Of a stretch of DNA of 34,861 nt, positions 1 through 9,867 are shown one piece after another. Positions within the stretch are counted from its first letter, which is position 1. Each line of letters opens with the position of its first letter. The notes under the pieces are model-generated. The model was not told where the DNA came from and made no database searches. It saw nothing but the letters and a program-made list of their open reading frames with translations. The translations under genes and the position numbers were made by a program. Source of the DNA: an uncultured Steroidobacteraceae bacterium (GTDB lineage: Bacteria > Pseudomonadota > Gammaproteobacteria > Steroidobacterales > Steroidobacteraceae); the NCBI GenBank assembly GCA_964597495.1, contig CAZQYC010000039.1, positions 1 to 34,861 on the forward strand. Reading direction: 5' to 3'.

Positions 1-9
1 GAAGCGGCG

Positions 10-2550
10 TTGAAGGGATATAAGACCGTGTACCTTGTATCCCATCGCGCACTTGCAGAAGAGAAATTCCGGTTATTCAAAAAGCAATATGCCACTCCTA
101 ATTCGGAGTGGTTTGATGTCTCAATCGCGACGGGTGATCATACAGAAGGCGTGTGGAACGCGGGGATTCTCGTGGCAACGTATGAGAAGTATCTCGCTTC
201 GCTTTGCGGCCGGGCCGATTTCAATCTTTCCGGAATCGTTGTTGTAGCAGATGAAATACAAATTCTCGGATCAGAGAGGAGGGGGCCTGAAATCGAACTG
301 CTTTGTACGCTTCTAAAGCGAGGCCATCCGAAGCAGCTTGTTGCGTTGTCGGCGACTATTTCCAATCCGCAAGACGTCGCGGCTTGGTTAGGATGCAAGG
401 TCATACACATCATCTCTAGGGATGTACCGTTACGGCAAGAAGTTTGGTTCAGGGGTAAGTCACTGCAGTGTCTAGCAGGTACAACTGAATTGTTCGATGG
501 GAAGTACGGAAGCGTTCTTCCCAGCCAGACTATCGAGGCAGTTGATCACCTGCTTCGCAGGAACCGCGGGCCGGTTCTTGTTTTCACGATGACGAAACCT
601 CGAGCATTAGAGCTTGCAGAAGAATTCTCCAATCGTAGGCAGCGAACTCCCGAAGGCATTGGGTACGCTGACCAACTCGAACTCTTTAGTGAACCATCTA
701 CGCTGATGAGGACTTTGACAGAGACCGCTCAAAGAAAAGTGGCGTTCCATACCGCCGATCTCAACCACGCAGAAAGAGAATTGATAGAACGCGGACTTAC
801 CGACAAACTTTTCGATGTTGTATTTGCAAGCCCGACACTTGCTGCTGGCGTGAATTTCCCTTTTCAAACGGTCCTTTTTGATTCCTTTTATCGAGCCTTC
901 GTTCCAAACGATCCGTGGCTTCCGCTCGCGGATTACTCGAACATGGCGGGCCGCGCTGGCCGCCTCGGACTTCATGACGAAGGATTTTCAATTCTTCTCG
1001 CTGAGTCGGATGTGCATTTTGAGAGAGCGCGCACGTTAATCTCGTCTCATGTCGATCCTCTGTATTCGAGGTTTTTTACTTGCAGCTTACGGAAAGTCAT
1101 CTTGACGATCATTGCGAGTCGTGTCGTTAGAAAACGTGATGATCTGATGCCATTTATTCAGGAAACCCTGTGGTGGAATCAGGCGATCGATCGAAATCCA
1201 AAGAAACTTGAAGAGATCCCGGCACATCTGGACCTGGCACTCGAGTACCTCCAGGCATCTGGACTAGTCTCAAACAAAGGGAATAACCTTTTTGCAACTC
1301 GTTTGGGTGTTGCGACAGCAGGAACCGGGCTATTGCCTTCAACAGTCGTTGACTTGCTGCAACTATTCAGAAACCACGAGGCTGCATTCGGCGGGAACGA
1401 AGACCAATGGATCCCTGGTGTTTTGCACGCATCCTGTGCAAGCGATGAGTATGGAAGCACTGGACAAAGAAATTTGCCCTATTCACGACGCGGACAGCCA
1501 GAGAATGGAGCTTATTCCTGGCTAAGCACAAGAAATCTTTTTCGCGATGGAGACGCCGTCGAAGCCATGGACAAGGTTACGAATGCGTGTTTTGGGTTAT
1601 CTGAATGGATCAAAGGCACTTCGGAACGAATGCTACGCAATATGCTTCCCTTAATTTCTTACGGTCAAATGCAACAGCTGGCAAATGAGAATGCCGCGAT
1701 TCTCGAAGGTATTAGCAAAGTAATGAGAGTACCGGATTCGAAATGTATACCTCTCCTTCCCAACCTTCTAATAACGCTAGCCGAGAGATTGCGATATGGA
1801 GCTCCGGCCGACGTTCTCGACCTTCTACGTGCAAGCGCTGCGTACCGAGTTCCAGGATTTGGCCGGCATCGAGCAATGACGCTGGGGAATGCGAAGCTGG
1901 CGACCCCAAATAGCGTGCTGCAGGCGGATCGAAAGTTAATTACCAGGTTGGTTGAGAGCGCTCAACGCGCGGTCGCGCTTGCCGATGCCCTGGTTAGTTA
2001 TTTCGATGTGCCTCTTGAAGTCTTCAAGACGAGGCATATTTCGCGTGCGAGTGAATTGCAATTGGATGCTGAACTTATTCAGCGTTCGTATGAGCTTACA
2101 GGCGATTCGTATGAAGATGCCATCGAAGCACTTCTGAAAAGTGTTCCTGAATGGGAAGTGATGAAAATAGACAAAGGAAAGCGTCAGGCGTTTCCAGATT
2201 TTCTGATTGAGTATCAGGGGAAAGCCGTTCTCGTGGAATGCAAGACAAAAGAAAGAAACTCGGCGACCATAAGCAAGGATGAGGCGTTTGCAGTGCTTAC
2301 AAAAGGTGTCGATTTTAAAAAGGATCACTGCCTAACAATCGGAAAACCCGACTTCGATGAAACATCAAAAGGGAAGGCAAACGGCGCAGTAGACGTCACA
2401 TTGATGCGCCATCATGACTTTGTAGAGGCGCTGTTGAGATATAAGTCTGGAAAAGTTAGCGCCGAACAATTGTTTTCTTGGATATTGACTCCAGGCTACG
2501 CGGTCATCGAACAACTCGAAGCTTTCGCAATTAATGCAGGAGATCAATAG
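10..2550 (+). CDS. SF2 DExH-box (Ski2/Hel308/Lhr-like) helicase, 5'-truncated by the window edge, with a C-terminal PD-(D/E)xK-like putative nuclease domain
   Basis: The ORF runs from the window start. Motif II is VVADEIQ (DExH), motif III LSAT. Motif V-like TPTLAAGVNFP and motif VI YSNMAGRAGRLG are typical of Ski2-like helicases. The C-terminal ~120 aa contain FPDFLIEY...AVLVECKTK, which fits a PD-x(n)-ExK nuclease signature. Walker A is missing and is presumably upstream. Confidence 0.6.
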   Translation: MKGYKTVYLVSHRALAEEKFRLFKKQYATPNSEWFDVSIATGDHTEGVWNAGILVATYEKYLASLCGRADFNLSGIVVVADEIQILGSERRGPEIELLCTLLKRGHPKQLVALSATISNPQDVAAWLGCKVIHIISRDVPLRQEVWFRGKSLQCLAGTTELFDGKYGSVLPSQTIEAVDHLLRRNRGPVLVFTMTKPRALELAEEFSNRRQRTPEGIGYADQLELFSEPSTLMRTLTETAQRKVAFHTADLNHAERELIERGLTDKLFDVVFASPTLAAGVNFPFQTVLFDSFYRAFVPNDPWLPLADYSNMAGRAGRLGLHDEGFSILLAESDVHFERARTLISSHVDPLYSRFFTCSLRKVILTIIASRVVRKRDDLMPFIQETLWWNQAIDRNPKKLEEIPAHLDLALEYLQASGLVSNKGNNLFATRLGVATAGTGLLPSTVVDLLQLFRNHEAAFGGNEDQWIPGVLHASCASDEYGSTGQRNLPYSRRGQPENGAYSWLSTRNLFRDGDAVEAMDKVTNACFGLSEWIKGTSERMLRNMLPLISYGQMQQLANENAAILEGISKVMRVPDSKCIPLLPNLLITLAERLRYGAPADVLDLLRASAAYRVPGFGRHRAMTLGNAKLATPNSVLQADRKLITRLVESAQRAVALADALVSYFDVPLEVFKTRHISRASELQLDAELIQRSYELTGDSYEDAIEALLKSVPEWEVMKIDKGKRQAFPDFLIEYQGKAVLVECKTKERNSATISKDEAFAVLTKGVDFKKDHCLTIGKPDFDETSKGKANGAVDVTLMRHHDFVEALLRYKSGKVSAEQLFSWILTPGYAVIEQLEAFAINAGDQ

Positions 2551-2648
2551 TTCGACCTAACATCCTGGTCACCCGCGTATCCGGCCGCCTACTAAAATTT
2601 ATAGTCATTATTTAGATTCACCGGTTGCTCTAGGCCTGCTTCCAGCGA

Positions 2649-4019
2649 CTACTCCATCAGCGCGCTATATACCAATGTCTGGAGTTTAGGTACCACCTCA
2701 AACGCGCGCAGTGCTCCTAAGTGCTGTGTCATCGCCAAGATGACCATGTCGGCCTTCGGGTCAATCCAGTACTGCGTGAGCGCTGCACCGCCCCAATAGA
2801 ACGTACCCTCGCTACTGACCGCACCCATCGCTGCTGCGTCTTTGACAATACCGAACCCCAATCCATAACCCATGCCTTTGGGGAATAATTTGGGCATCGA
2901 CATTTCGCTACCCATGTGATCGCGGGTCATATAGCGGACGACTTGAGGACTCAGGATGCGTACACCGTTTAACTCACCTCCGTTGAGCATCATTTGGGTG
3001 AAGCGCCAATAGTCCTCTGCGGTGGACACTAAGCCATAGCTGCCGCCTTTGCGTTGGTGATTGACTGTGTAGCTATTGGCGTTCTCCGGTCGAGCGAGAA
3101 ATCCCGCAAAGACAGGGTAGCCATGCGTTTTGTCCAGAGGGGCAAGCTTTCCGTCTTTCGTCCAATATATAGTCGCTAAACGCTCCGCCCTATCTGGCGG
3201 GACCCAAAAGGATGTATCCTTCATTCGCAGTGGGCCAAATAACCGCTTCTCCAAGAACACATCGAAAGGCAAACCGGAGAGAATTTCCACCAGACGCGCC
3301 TGTACATCCGGTGCCACGCTATAGATAAAACGTTTTCCAGGCTGCTCGAGCAATGGAATTTTTGAGAGCTTATCTATCATCTGCGCCAGCGATACGTCGA
3401 CGCCGAATACATCGGCGTTGAGGTAGGCAGCATCTACCGCATTTAGCTCGAGTCCATGGGAGAATCCGGCGGTATGCCTCATTAGGTCCTGGATCGTCGG
3501 GGGCCTTTCAAGTGGAACCGTATCCTCGATCGGAGACTGCGGCGTACGCAACACTTTCAGCTGGGCAAAGGCGGGAATGTATTTCGACACCGGATCGGTC
3601 AATTGGAAGCGACCTTCCTCGTAGAGCATCATCAGCGCCGTTGAGGCGATTGCTTTGGTCTGCGAGTACACGCGAAAGATCGTGTCTGTTCGCATCGTTT
3701 CCTTCTTCTCTCGGTCTGCGTAACCGAGAGCGCTGAAATGCACGACTTTGCCGTGGCGTGCGACAAGGGTAACGATGCCGGCGATGTCACCTTGCTCAAT
3801 CTTGTCGGCAAAAAATTGATCGATGTAGCGGAGACGCTCCGTGGAAAAGCCGGCATCCTCCGGTTTGGATCGAGGCAAATCCGCAGCCGACGCTTTCTCG
3901 ATTAGAAATGCAGCGAGGACAAGAACAATGCCTATCCATCCACTGGGTATTCCAATTTGTTTCCGAGCGTGCGACCGTGAAGTCATTTTTCCGTAAAAAT
4001 TCATCGCTTGCTTCTTCAT
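2649..4019 (-). CDS. Serine hydrolase of the beta-lactamase/PBP (class C-like) family, with an N-terminal signal/TM segment
   Basis: SxxK active-site motif (YSQTK), a hydrophobic N-terminus (IGIVLVLAAFLIEKASAA), and a length (456 aa) typical of EstB/AmpC-like esterases. Confidence 0.7.
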   Translation of the reverse strand: MKKQAMNFYGKMTSRSHARKQIGIPSGWIGIVLVLAAFLIEKASAADLPRSKPEDAGFSTERLRYIDQFFADKIEQGDIAGIVTLVARHGKVVHFSALGYADREKKETMRTDTIFRVYSQTKAIASTALMMLYEEGRFQLTDPVSKYIPAFAQLKVLRTPQSPIEDTVPLERPPTIQDLMRHTAGFSHGLELNAVDAAYLNADVFGVDVSLAQMIDKLSKIPLLEQPGKRFIYSVAPDVQARLVEILSGLPFDVFLEKRLFGPLRMKDTSFWVPPDRAERLATIYWTKDGKLAPLDKTHGYPVFAGFLARPENANSYTVNHQRKGGSYGLVSTAEDYWRFTQMMLNGGELNGVRILSPQVVRYMTRDHMGSEMSMPKLFPKGMGYGLGFGIVKDAAAMGAVSSEGTFYWGGAALTQYWIDPKADMVILAMTQHLGALRAFEVVPKLQTLVYSALME

Positions 4020-4083
4020 CGAACTTCTCCTTGCCGTCGCAATTGAACTTGGTCGGTATATAAACTTAGCATATGGTAATTAT

Positions 4084-5730
4084 TTAAAAACCATAGTGAA
4101 ACGAGAAATAATTCCAGGGATGCCAACTCGATGCAGCAAGTCCTTCTAGCCCCTGGGCTTCCCGTAATTTGAAGCGCTGGATTTTGCCGGTCGCAGTCTT
4201 GGGGAGTTCTTTGACGAACTTGATCCAGCGGGGGTATTTATAGGGAGCTAGTCTTTCTTTGACATGCTGCTGCAACTCCTTTTCTGAAACCGTCCGCTCT
4301 GGTTTCAGCACAACGTATGCGCATGGCTTGATGAGTCCGTCCACATCTTGTTTTGCGACTACAGCTGCCTCCAAGATAGCATCGTGTTGTATTAACGCGG
4401 ACTCAACTTCGATCGGAGAGACGTATAAGCCGCTCACTTTGAATAAGTCATCGCTGCGTCCTTCATATATATAATAGCCATCTTCGCGCTGGCGATATTT
4501 ATCGCCCGTACACATCCATTCGCCGACAAACGTGCTGCACGAACGGGACCTATTGTTCCAGTAGTGGGAGGCTTTGGTTGGCCCACGCACATGGAACTCT
4601 CCGATCTCTCCGACCGGAACTGGTTGACCGTTCTCATCGACGATGCGTATTTGGTAGCCTGGAACGGGGCGTCCGGTTGTTCCATAGCGAATGTCGTCAG
4701 CTCGATTGGAAAGGTAGATGTGCAGCATTTCCGTTGATCCGATGCCATCTAGGACGTGCGCTCCGAAGCGCATATACCAGCGTTTACCTATTTCCTCGGG
4801 TAGAGCCTCCCCGGCGGAAACGCAAATACGAAGCCTTAACTCCTCGCGTCGCGGCAGATCGGCATGCGCTAATAGTCCCGCGAAGACAGTCGGAACGGCA
4901 CAGAAAACAGTGGGGCGATGTTGTCGCAAGCGCGCACAGATAGCTGCAGGTGTCGGACGTTCACTCATTAAAATTGCCGTGGCCCCCACCGCAAGCGGAA
5001 ACGTCAATGAATTACCTAACCCATAGGCAAACGACAGCTTCGAAACGGAGAACACGGTGTCATCCGCTTGATACTTCGCAATCGGTTTGGCATAGAGCTC
5101 TGACGTTTGGATGAGACTGCTGTGCACGTGAACCGTGCCTTTTGGTGCTCCCGTGGAGCCTGAGGAGTACAACCAGAAACAGAAGTCGTCGCACGTGGTG
5201 GGTGCTGGCTCGTATTTATCGGCGGATTTTTCCAGCAGGTTCCGCATCGAGTGATGCGAATGCTCTCCAATATCTGACACGACAACGTGCTTCAAGAACC
5301 GCGCTTCACGGATTGCCGGTTCAAATGCTTTTAATAGCGATGCGGAAATCACGAGAGCGCAAGCTCGGCTATCGCCAAGAATGTAGCTCATGTCAGATAC
5401 AGTATTCAGCGTATTCATGGCGATCGGAACGACGCCAGCTTTGATGCAGCCAAGGAATGCGACTGGAAAGTCGATGCTGTCGTGGAGGGAGAGCAGTACG
5501 CGCTGCTCCATCTGCACGCCTAGGGCGCCCAATGCGTTTGCGAATCGATTAGCTCGCTTCGCGAGGTCGGAGTAGGTATAGCTTCCGGCATCATCAATAA
5601 ATGCAATCTTGTCTCCACGGCTTGCTTGTAGATTGCGCTCTAGTAAATCGTGAGCGGCGTTATAAATCCGCGGTATCGAGAGTAGCGGCGGGCTTTCGCT
5701 ATGGTCTGCCGAACTTAGCACCGGATTCAC
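4084..5730 (-). CDS. Aromatic acid-CoA ligase (benzoate-CoA ligase family) AMP-binding enzyme
   Basis: AMP-binding motif YSSGSTGAPKG, a C-terminal TATGKIQRFKLRE motif, and a length of 548 aa. It is divergent from a BzdR/BoxR-type regulator. The start is probably GTG at 5730. Confidence 0.7.
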   Translation of the reverse strand: MNPVLSSADHSESPPLLSIPRIYNAAHDLLERNLQASRGDKIAFIDDAGSYTYSDLAKRANRFANALGALGVQMEQRVLLSLHDSIDFPVAFLGCIKAGVVPIAMNTLNTVSDMSYILGDSRACALVISASLLKAFEPAIREARFLKHVVVSDIGEHSHHSMRNLLEKSADKYEPAPTTCDDFCFWLYSSGSTGAPKGTVHVHSSLIQTSELYAKPIAKYQADDTVFSVSKLSFAYGLGNSLTFPLAVGATAILMSERPTPAAICARLRQHRPTVFCAVPTVFAGLLAHADLPRREELRLRICVSAGEALPEEIGKRWYMRFGAHVLDGIGSTEMLHIYLSNRADDIRYGTTGRPVPGYQIRIVDENGQPVPVGEIGEFHVRGPTKASHYWNNRSRSCSTFVGEWMCTGDKYRQREDGYYIYEGRSDDLFKVSGLYVSPIEVESALIQHDAILEAAVVAKQDVDGLIKPCAYVVLKPERTVSEKELQQHVKERLAPYKYPRWIKFVKELPKTATGKIQRFKLREAQGLEGLAASSWHPWNYFSFHYGF

Positions 5731-5893
5731 CTCTCTATAGCGAACTCACCGTCCGGAAATAAATGGCGGCGTGATGAGGTTGATCTCGTCATGGGGTCAA
5801 TGGGATGTATGTCGCTTATTTCCATGACATCGGTGCTAATCGCCGTTAAGGCCGCGCGTTCGGAAGATACGGTCGGAGAGTTACGGTGTAAAT

Positions 5894-5981
5894 GCAATAT
5901 AGTACATATCACATAACTGAGAACACCGAGAAAAATGTGTGAAAGGATAGGGAAAAATCTAAGAGTAGCAATATAGTTCAT
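5894..5981. promoter_or_regulatory. Two copies of a GCAATATAGTNCAT direct repeat (5894-5907 and 5968-5981) in the divergent promoter region. They are candidate operator sites.
   Basis: The 14-bp repeat with 13/14 identity was seen directly. It lies between the ligase start and the regulator RBS (AGGAGG at 5999-6004). Confidence 0.3.
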
Positions 5982-6016
5982 TGAGTGAGTGTAATAGCAG
6001 GAGGTATAAAACCCAT

Positions 6017-6940
6017 ATGGCAACACCTGCAAAACTCGCTCACATCCGTACTCGTGCTGCAATGCGTTCGGCGATGGTTGAAAAAACAGCGTCAGAACGT
6101 CTTTCTGACTCTGCATTCCTTTCCGCGCTTGGCAGGAGAGTGCGCGATACGCGAGAGAGGCGCGGGCTGGCACGCAAAGTGTTGGCAGAAAATGCGGATG
6201 TTTCCGAACGTTACCTAGCACAGCTCGAATCAGGCAGCGGCAATGCTTCCATTACTCTCCTGCGCCGGGTGGCGACTGCATTAAATGTGCGCATGATGCA
6301 TCTCCTTGGCTGCGAAGCCAGTGAGGAGCGCACCCTCGTCAACAGCTTTGTCGATAGCTTGCCTGAACGCCGCTTATCCGAGGTAATGAATCGTTTAGTG
6401 AACGAGTTCGGCACGGACGAATCCGTACGACGTAAGCGAGTGGTACTGATCGGCCTACGCGGTGCCGGAAAATCAACTTTGGGGAATTTGCTTGCCAAAG
6501 ATATCTGCAGGCCTTTCGTGGAGCTTGATAGGGAAATAGAAAGAGAAGCAGGTATGGCGCTTACAGAAATCTTCATGCTTTATGGTCCACCCAGATATCG
6601 CGAATTAGAACGCAGATGCTTGGGAAACCTCATCGCTAGCCAAAACGACGTCATCGTGAGTGTCGGTGGCGGTGTCGTTTCAGAGCCCGACACCTATCAA
6701 TTTCTGCTCGGCAATTGTTTCACTGTCTGGATTAAGGCATCGCCCACTGAACACATGTCTCGCGTCGTCGCCCAGGGCGATCTTCGCCCCATGCGTGGCA
6801 ACGCCCAGGCCATGGACGACCTCAAAAGCATTCTCGCCGCGCGCGAGCAGCAGTATTCTCGGGCGGACGCCATCGTCAACACATCGGGCCAGAGCATAGC
6901 CAGAAGCTTAGCTGCGCTTCGTCTTGTCGTGACCGATTAG
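6017..6940 (+). CDS. BzdR/BoxR-type transcriptional regulator: N-terminal XRE-family HTH fused to a shikimate-kinase-like C-terminal domain
   Basis: HTH at LARKVLAENADVSERYLAQLESG. The C-terminal P-loop VVLIGLRGAGKSTLGNLLAKD plus LDREIE matches the shikimate-kinase fold. This architecture is known from BzdR and BoxR regulators of benzoate-CoA pathways. The ORF track starts at 5981, but the RBS fits ATG 6017 (MATPAKL). Confidence 0.7.
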   Translation: MATPAKLAHIRTRAAMRSAMVEKTASERLSDSAFLSALGRRVRDTRERRGLARKVLAENADVSERYLAQLESGSGNASITLLRRVATALNVRMMHLLGCEASEERTLVNSFVDSLPERRLSEVMNRLVNEFGTDESVRRKRVVLIGLRGAGKSTLGNLLAKDICRPFVELDREIEREAGMALTEIFMLYGPPRYRELERRCLGNLIASQNDVIVSVGGGVVSEPDTYQFLLGNCFTVWIKASPTEHMSRVVAQGDLRPMRGNAQAMDDLKSILAAREQQYSRADAIVNTSGQSIARSLAALRLVVTD

Positions 6941-6975
6941 AGAGCTTTGTTCACGTCTAGCAGCCGTTAGAGGTT

Positions 6976-7557
6976 TTAAAGAAGGTTGCGATCGACGCAG
7001 GTAATAATTTCGTGGATCGGCGTATGAGCCGTGTTATTTAAATCCGTTGTGTGCGCTTGATCGAGCAGTACGTCAGCATTGTCCCATGCGTCCAGAAAAC
7101 TATCTGGTACCCAGTCCAACCAGACTCCGCCTTTCTCAGAGAGAGAATCAAGCCATGCATTAAGGGCTTGCATTCGCCTTATCATTTCGTTGCCGAGAGT
7201 CGATTCAGAAGCTGATGTTGTGGCGATAGAGCGCACAACTGACGGTGTTTCCGCAAGCATGCGCGGCATGAAAGAAAGACCGATGAACGCACCGCTGAAT
7301 CCAGCTGATAGTGTATAGACGATACGTCCGTGCTCCTTCGCTCCGATCTCGCCAACATCACGCAGTGAAAATTTCTTCTTAAATGTATCCACAACAGCTT
7401 GCGGATCGGCGGCGGATTGCGTCCAAGGAATCGCGACTAGATCTAAATCATGAATGAGGCTGCCGTGTACCGCGAGTTCATAACCATGTTCCCGTGCAAC
7501 CTCAGCAAGCGTCGCATAAATTAAAATATAGATCAGCGCGTTGTTGTCGGGATTCAC
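6976..7557 (-). CDS. Hypothetical protein, possibly with a nucleotidyltransferase-like fold
   Basis: 193-aa ORF with coding-like composition. The N-terminal AVHGSLIHDLDLVAI weakly resembles a GS...DxD NTase motif, but the spacing is atypical. Confidence 0.35.
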   Translation of the reverse strand: MNPDNNALIYILIYATLAEVAREHGYELAVHGSLIHDLDLVAIPWTQSAADPQAVVDTFKKKFSLRDVGEIGAKEHGRIVYTLSAGFSGAFIGLSFMPRMLAETPSVVRSIATTSASESTLGNEMIRRMQALNAWLDSLSEKGGVWLDWVPDSFLDAWDNADVLLDQAHTTDLNNTAHTPIHEIITCVDRNLL

Positions 7558-7854
7558 GACTCCACCTCTCCCTTCATCACTGGAGCAGCCACGTAAGCGT
7601 TACGCAGCCATGGTTTTGTACGACGGTTACTGTGCTTTTTATGAATTTGAGTATCAATCATCAGGAAAGGGTGGAATATAGTCGATGAGATAAAGTGCAT
7701 GTAGTAAACAATGAGAAGCATGTCGACTTAAAAGAACAAGGACAATGAGCATGCACTATGCTGCATTTACACTTCGTAGAGCCTCCGAGTAAGTTTCCTC
7801 TCGACGATTCTTGATTACAGACGTGAAGAGTCTAGACATAAAGAGGGTCTTACT

Positions 7855-8784
7855 ATGCGTGGAATTAAAAAACTGGTTCAGTCCTTAGCAGTCGCAGGAC
7901 TGGTAGTGCTGAGCACTGCTCCCTTACCTGCTGCCGCAAGCTGTTTCAGCAGCGTGATAACGGCCGGTACGACGTACAACACGGGCATTTACTACGGCGG
8001 GCTTTATCGTACGTATATCTTGCAGGTCCCACCTGGATACAACGCTGCTAATAAACATTGGTTGGTCATCGACGCGCACGGACTAGGAGGTAACGCATCG
8101 GCGCAGAAAAATTTCTCCGGATGGGCGGCAAAAGCGTGGAGCGCCAACATGATCGCCGCATGGCCGGATGGCTATGGCGCCAGCTGGAATGGCTATGGAG
8201 GCATAGGCTCTGCCTACGCAGCCAACCTCGATGATGACGGACTGATGAGCGCCATTGCGTTGACGACGGCCGGTCAAGGCAACGTGGACATGGCCCGAAT
8301 CTACATGACTGGTCATTCGAACGGGGCGTTGCTGACCCACCGTGTGGGTTGCGAGCAGTCCTGGCTTTTCGCGGCAATCGCCACGGCCTCCGCCCCGCTG
8401 AATACCAGCTACTACGTGTGCAATACGACTAAACCGATCACCGTCGTGCAATTTCATGGCTATGAAGACAATGTCGTTCCCTACTACGGAGGATATCAAC
8501 CTCTTTTGTACATGACGTTCCAGTCGGCTTCAGACAGTGCGTGGACCTGGTACTACGAGTTGGGTTGCACAGGTTTTGCGGCTACGGAGTGCTACAACCA
8601 AGATTGCTCTAACCGGTGTGATCGGGCCATCAACTGTGCAGGGAATGCAACCAGTACGCTTTGTTCCGTGCATGGAGACCACTTGATATACGGATATGCA
8701 GACGTGCCCGGCTATTCCTCGAACCGGTTCTCCTCGTCGCCAAAAACGACACCGTACCTGCAGTCGGGATGCGGTCACACTTAA
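7855..8784 (+). CDS. Secreted alpha/beta-hydrolase esterase, PHB-depolymerase/LpqC-like family
   Basis: Signal peptide (LVVLSTAPLPAAAS). The RIYMTGHSNGALL nucleophile elbow is GxSxG. It is a paralogue of the esterase module inside the 1211-aa protein downstream. Confidence 0.6.
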   Translation: MRGIKKLVQSLAVAGLVVLSTAPLPAAASCFSSVITAGTTYNTGIYYGGLYRTYILQVPPGYNAANKHWLVIDAHGLGGNASAQKNFSGWAAKAWSANMIAAWPDGYGASWNGYGGIGSAYAANLDDDGLMSAIALTTAGQGNVDMARIYMTGHSNGALLTHRVGCEQSWLFAAIATASAPLNTSYYVCNTTKPITVVQFHGYEDNVVPYYGGYQPLLYMTFQSASDSAWTWYYELGCTGFAATECYNQDCSNRCDRAINCAGNATSTLCSVHGDHLIYGYADVPGYSSNRFSSSPKTTPYLQSGCGHT

Positions 8785-8802
8785 TCAGGCCAGGAGAAAC
8801 GC

Positions 8803-9846
8803 ATGGCAACTCTCAGAGTAACGACAGGAAGGAATATGACGGGGCTGGCTCTATTAGTAGCGGCGGTGATAGCGACGTGGCTAGTTGTATGGCGTCTGTC
8901 TACTCATGCTCCTTCGACCCCCACCTCAGTCTCTTCGGATCTTGGGGATGTCATGCACGAGCAGGCCCAGCCGAAGGCTGGGTCTGCTCCCCCAACGCAA
9001 CTTCAACCTTTGACGACGGCGCGAATCGACACCGGGTGGGCTAGGAGCTATCGCGATACCACTGACTACGTCACGTTTATGCGCCAAGCCGTAGTTGCCG
9101 CCCAGCAGGGGGACAGCGGTGCGCAGTTCTACGTCGGCAAACTGTTGCAGCTCTGTGGGGGCATGTCGGTCGAGATGACCGTGATGAAAGCCCTCGCGGA
9201 TGCCAAGTCCGTCAAGCTACCCGTGTCCTTGGCGAAGAAGCGCGAATCCCAAGCCGAGCAGTGCAGGCTCCTGCTCCAAGACACAGAGATCTTTGCAGCC
9301 TTGCCGCCGCGCGAGGGTGGCTATCCCGCTAGCTACTGGTTAAAACGTTCCGCCGAGCAAGGCAATCCTTCGGCCTCGGCCGACATTGCCCGGAGCACGG
9401 TCCGAGAGCGACAAATGAAAGGTATGGGTGAGGACCCAGTCGCAGCAAATCGCCCGTTGGAGGAAGCCGAACGCTCTCTGCAGCAGGCCATCGCCAACTC
9501 CGGGGGCGATGCCGAAGCGCTCTTTCTGGTCGGTGAGGCATTGTTTAACGCTCGTCGCAAAGACGCCGATGATCGGCAACTCCGCGGAGCCGCGTGGATG
9601 CTGGTGGCCTGTGAGCGGGGGTATGACTGCTCGCTAATGAACGACAAGAACGAGATGGCGCGTGCTTTGGCCCTCTGTCATGAGTGGAAAGACCCGAACT
9701 GCCCGGAAGGTAGCGATGTAACGCAGTACATCCGCAACCTCGGCCAGGAAAATTTCGACAAGGCCGTTGTCTTCGCCCAGAAATTCAGGCAAGCGCTCGA
9801 CAGCTCGGATAGCCATGCGCTGCTTCAGAGTGTGTCGATGAAGTGA
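8803..9846 (+). CDS. Membrane-anchored Sel1-like repeat protein
   Basis: N-terminal TM helix. Repeated segments such as AAQQGDSGAQFYVGKLL and SAEQGNPSASADIARS resemble Sel1/TPR-like repeats. Confidence 0.45.
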   Translation: MATLRVTTGRNMTGLALLVAAVIATWLVVWRLSTHAPSTPTSVSSDLGDVMHEQAQPKAGSAPPTQLQPLTTARIDTGWARSYRDTTDYVTFMRQAVVAAQQGDSGAQFYVGKLLQLCGGMSVEMTVMKALADAKSVKLPVSLAKKRESQAEQCRLLLQDTEIFAALPPREGGYPASYWLKRSAEQGNPSASADIARSTVRERQMKGMGEDPVAANRPLEEAERSLQQAIANSGGDAEALFLVGEALFNARRKDADDRQLRGAAWMLVACERGYDCSLMNDKNEMARALALCHEWKDPNCPEGSDVTQYIRNLGQENFDKAVVFAQKFRQALDSSDSHALLQSVSMK

Positions 9847-9867
9847 GGCTGATCTTTTTTCCTGAGT

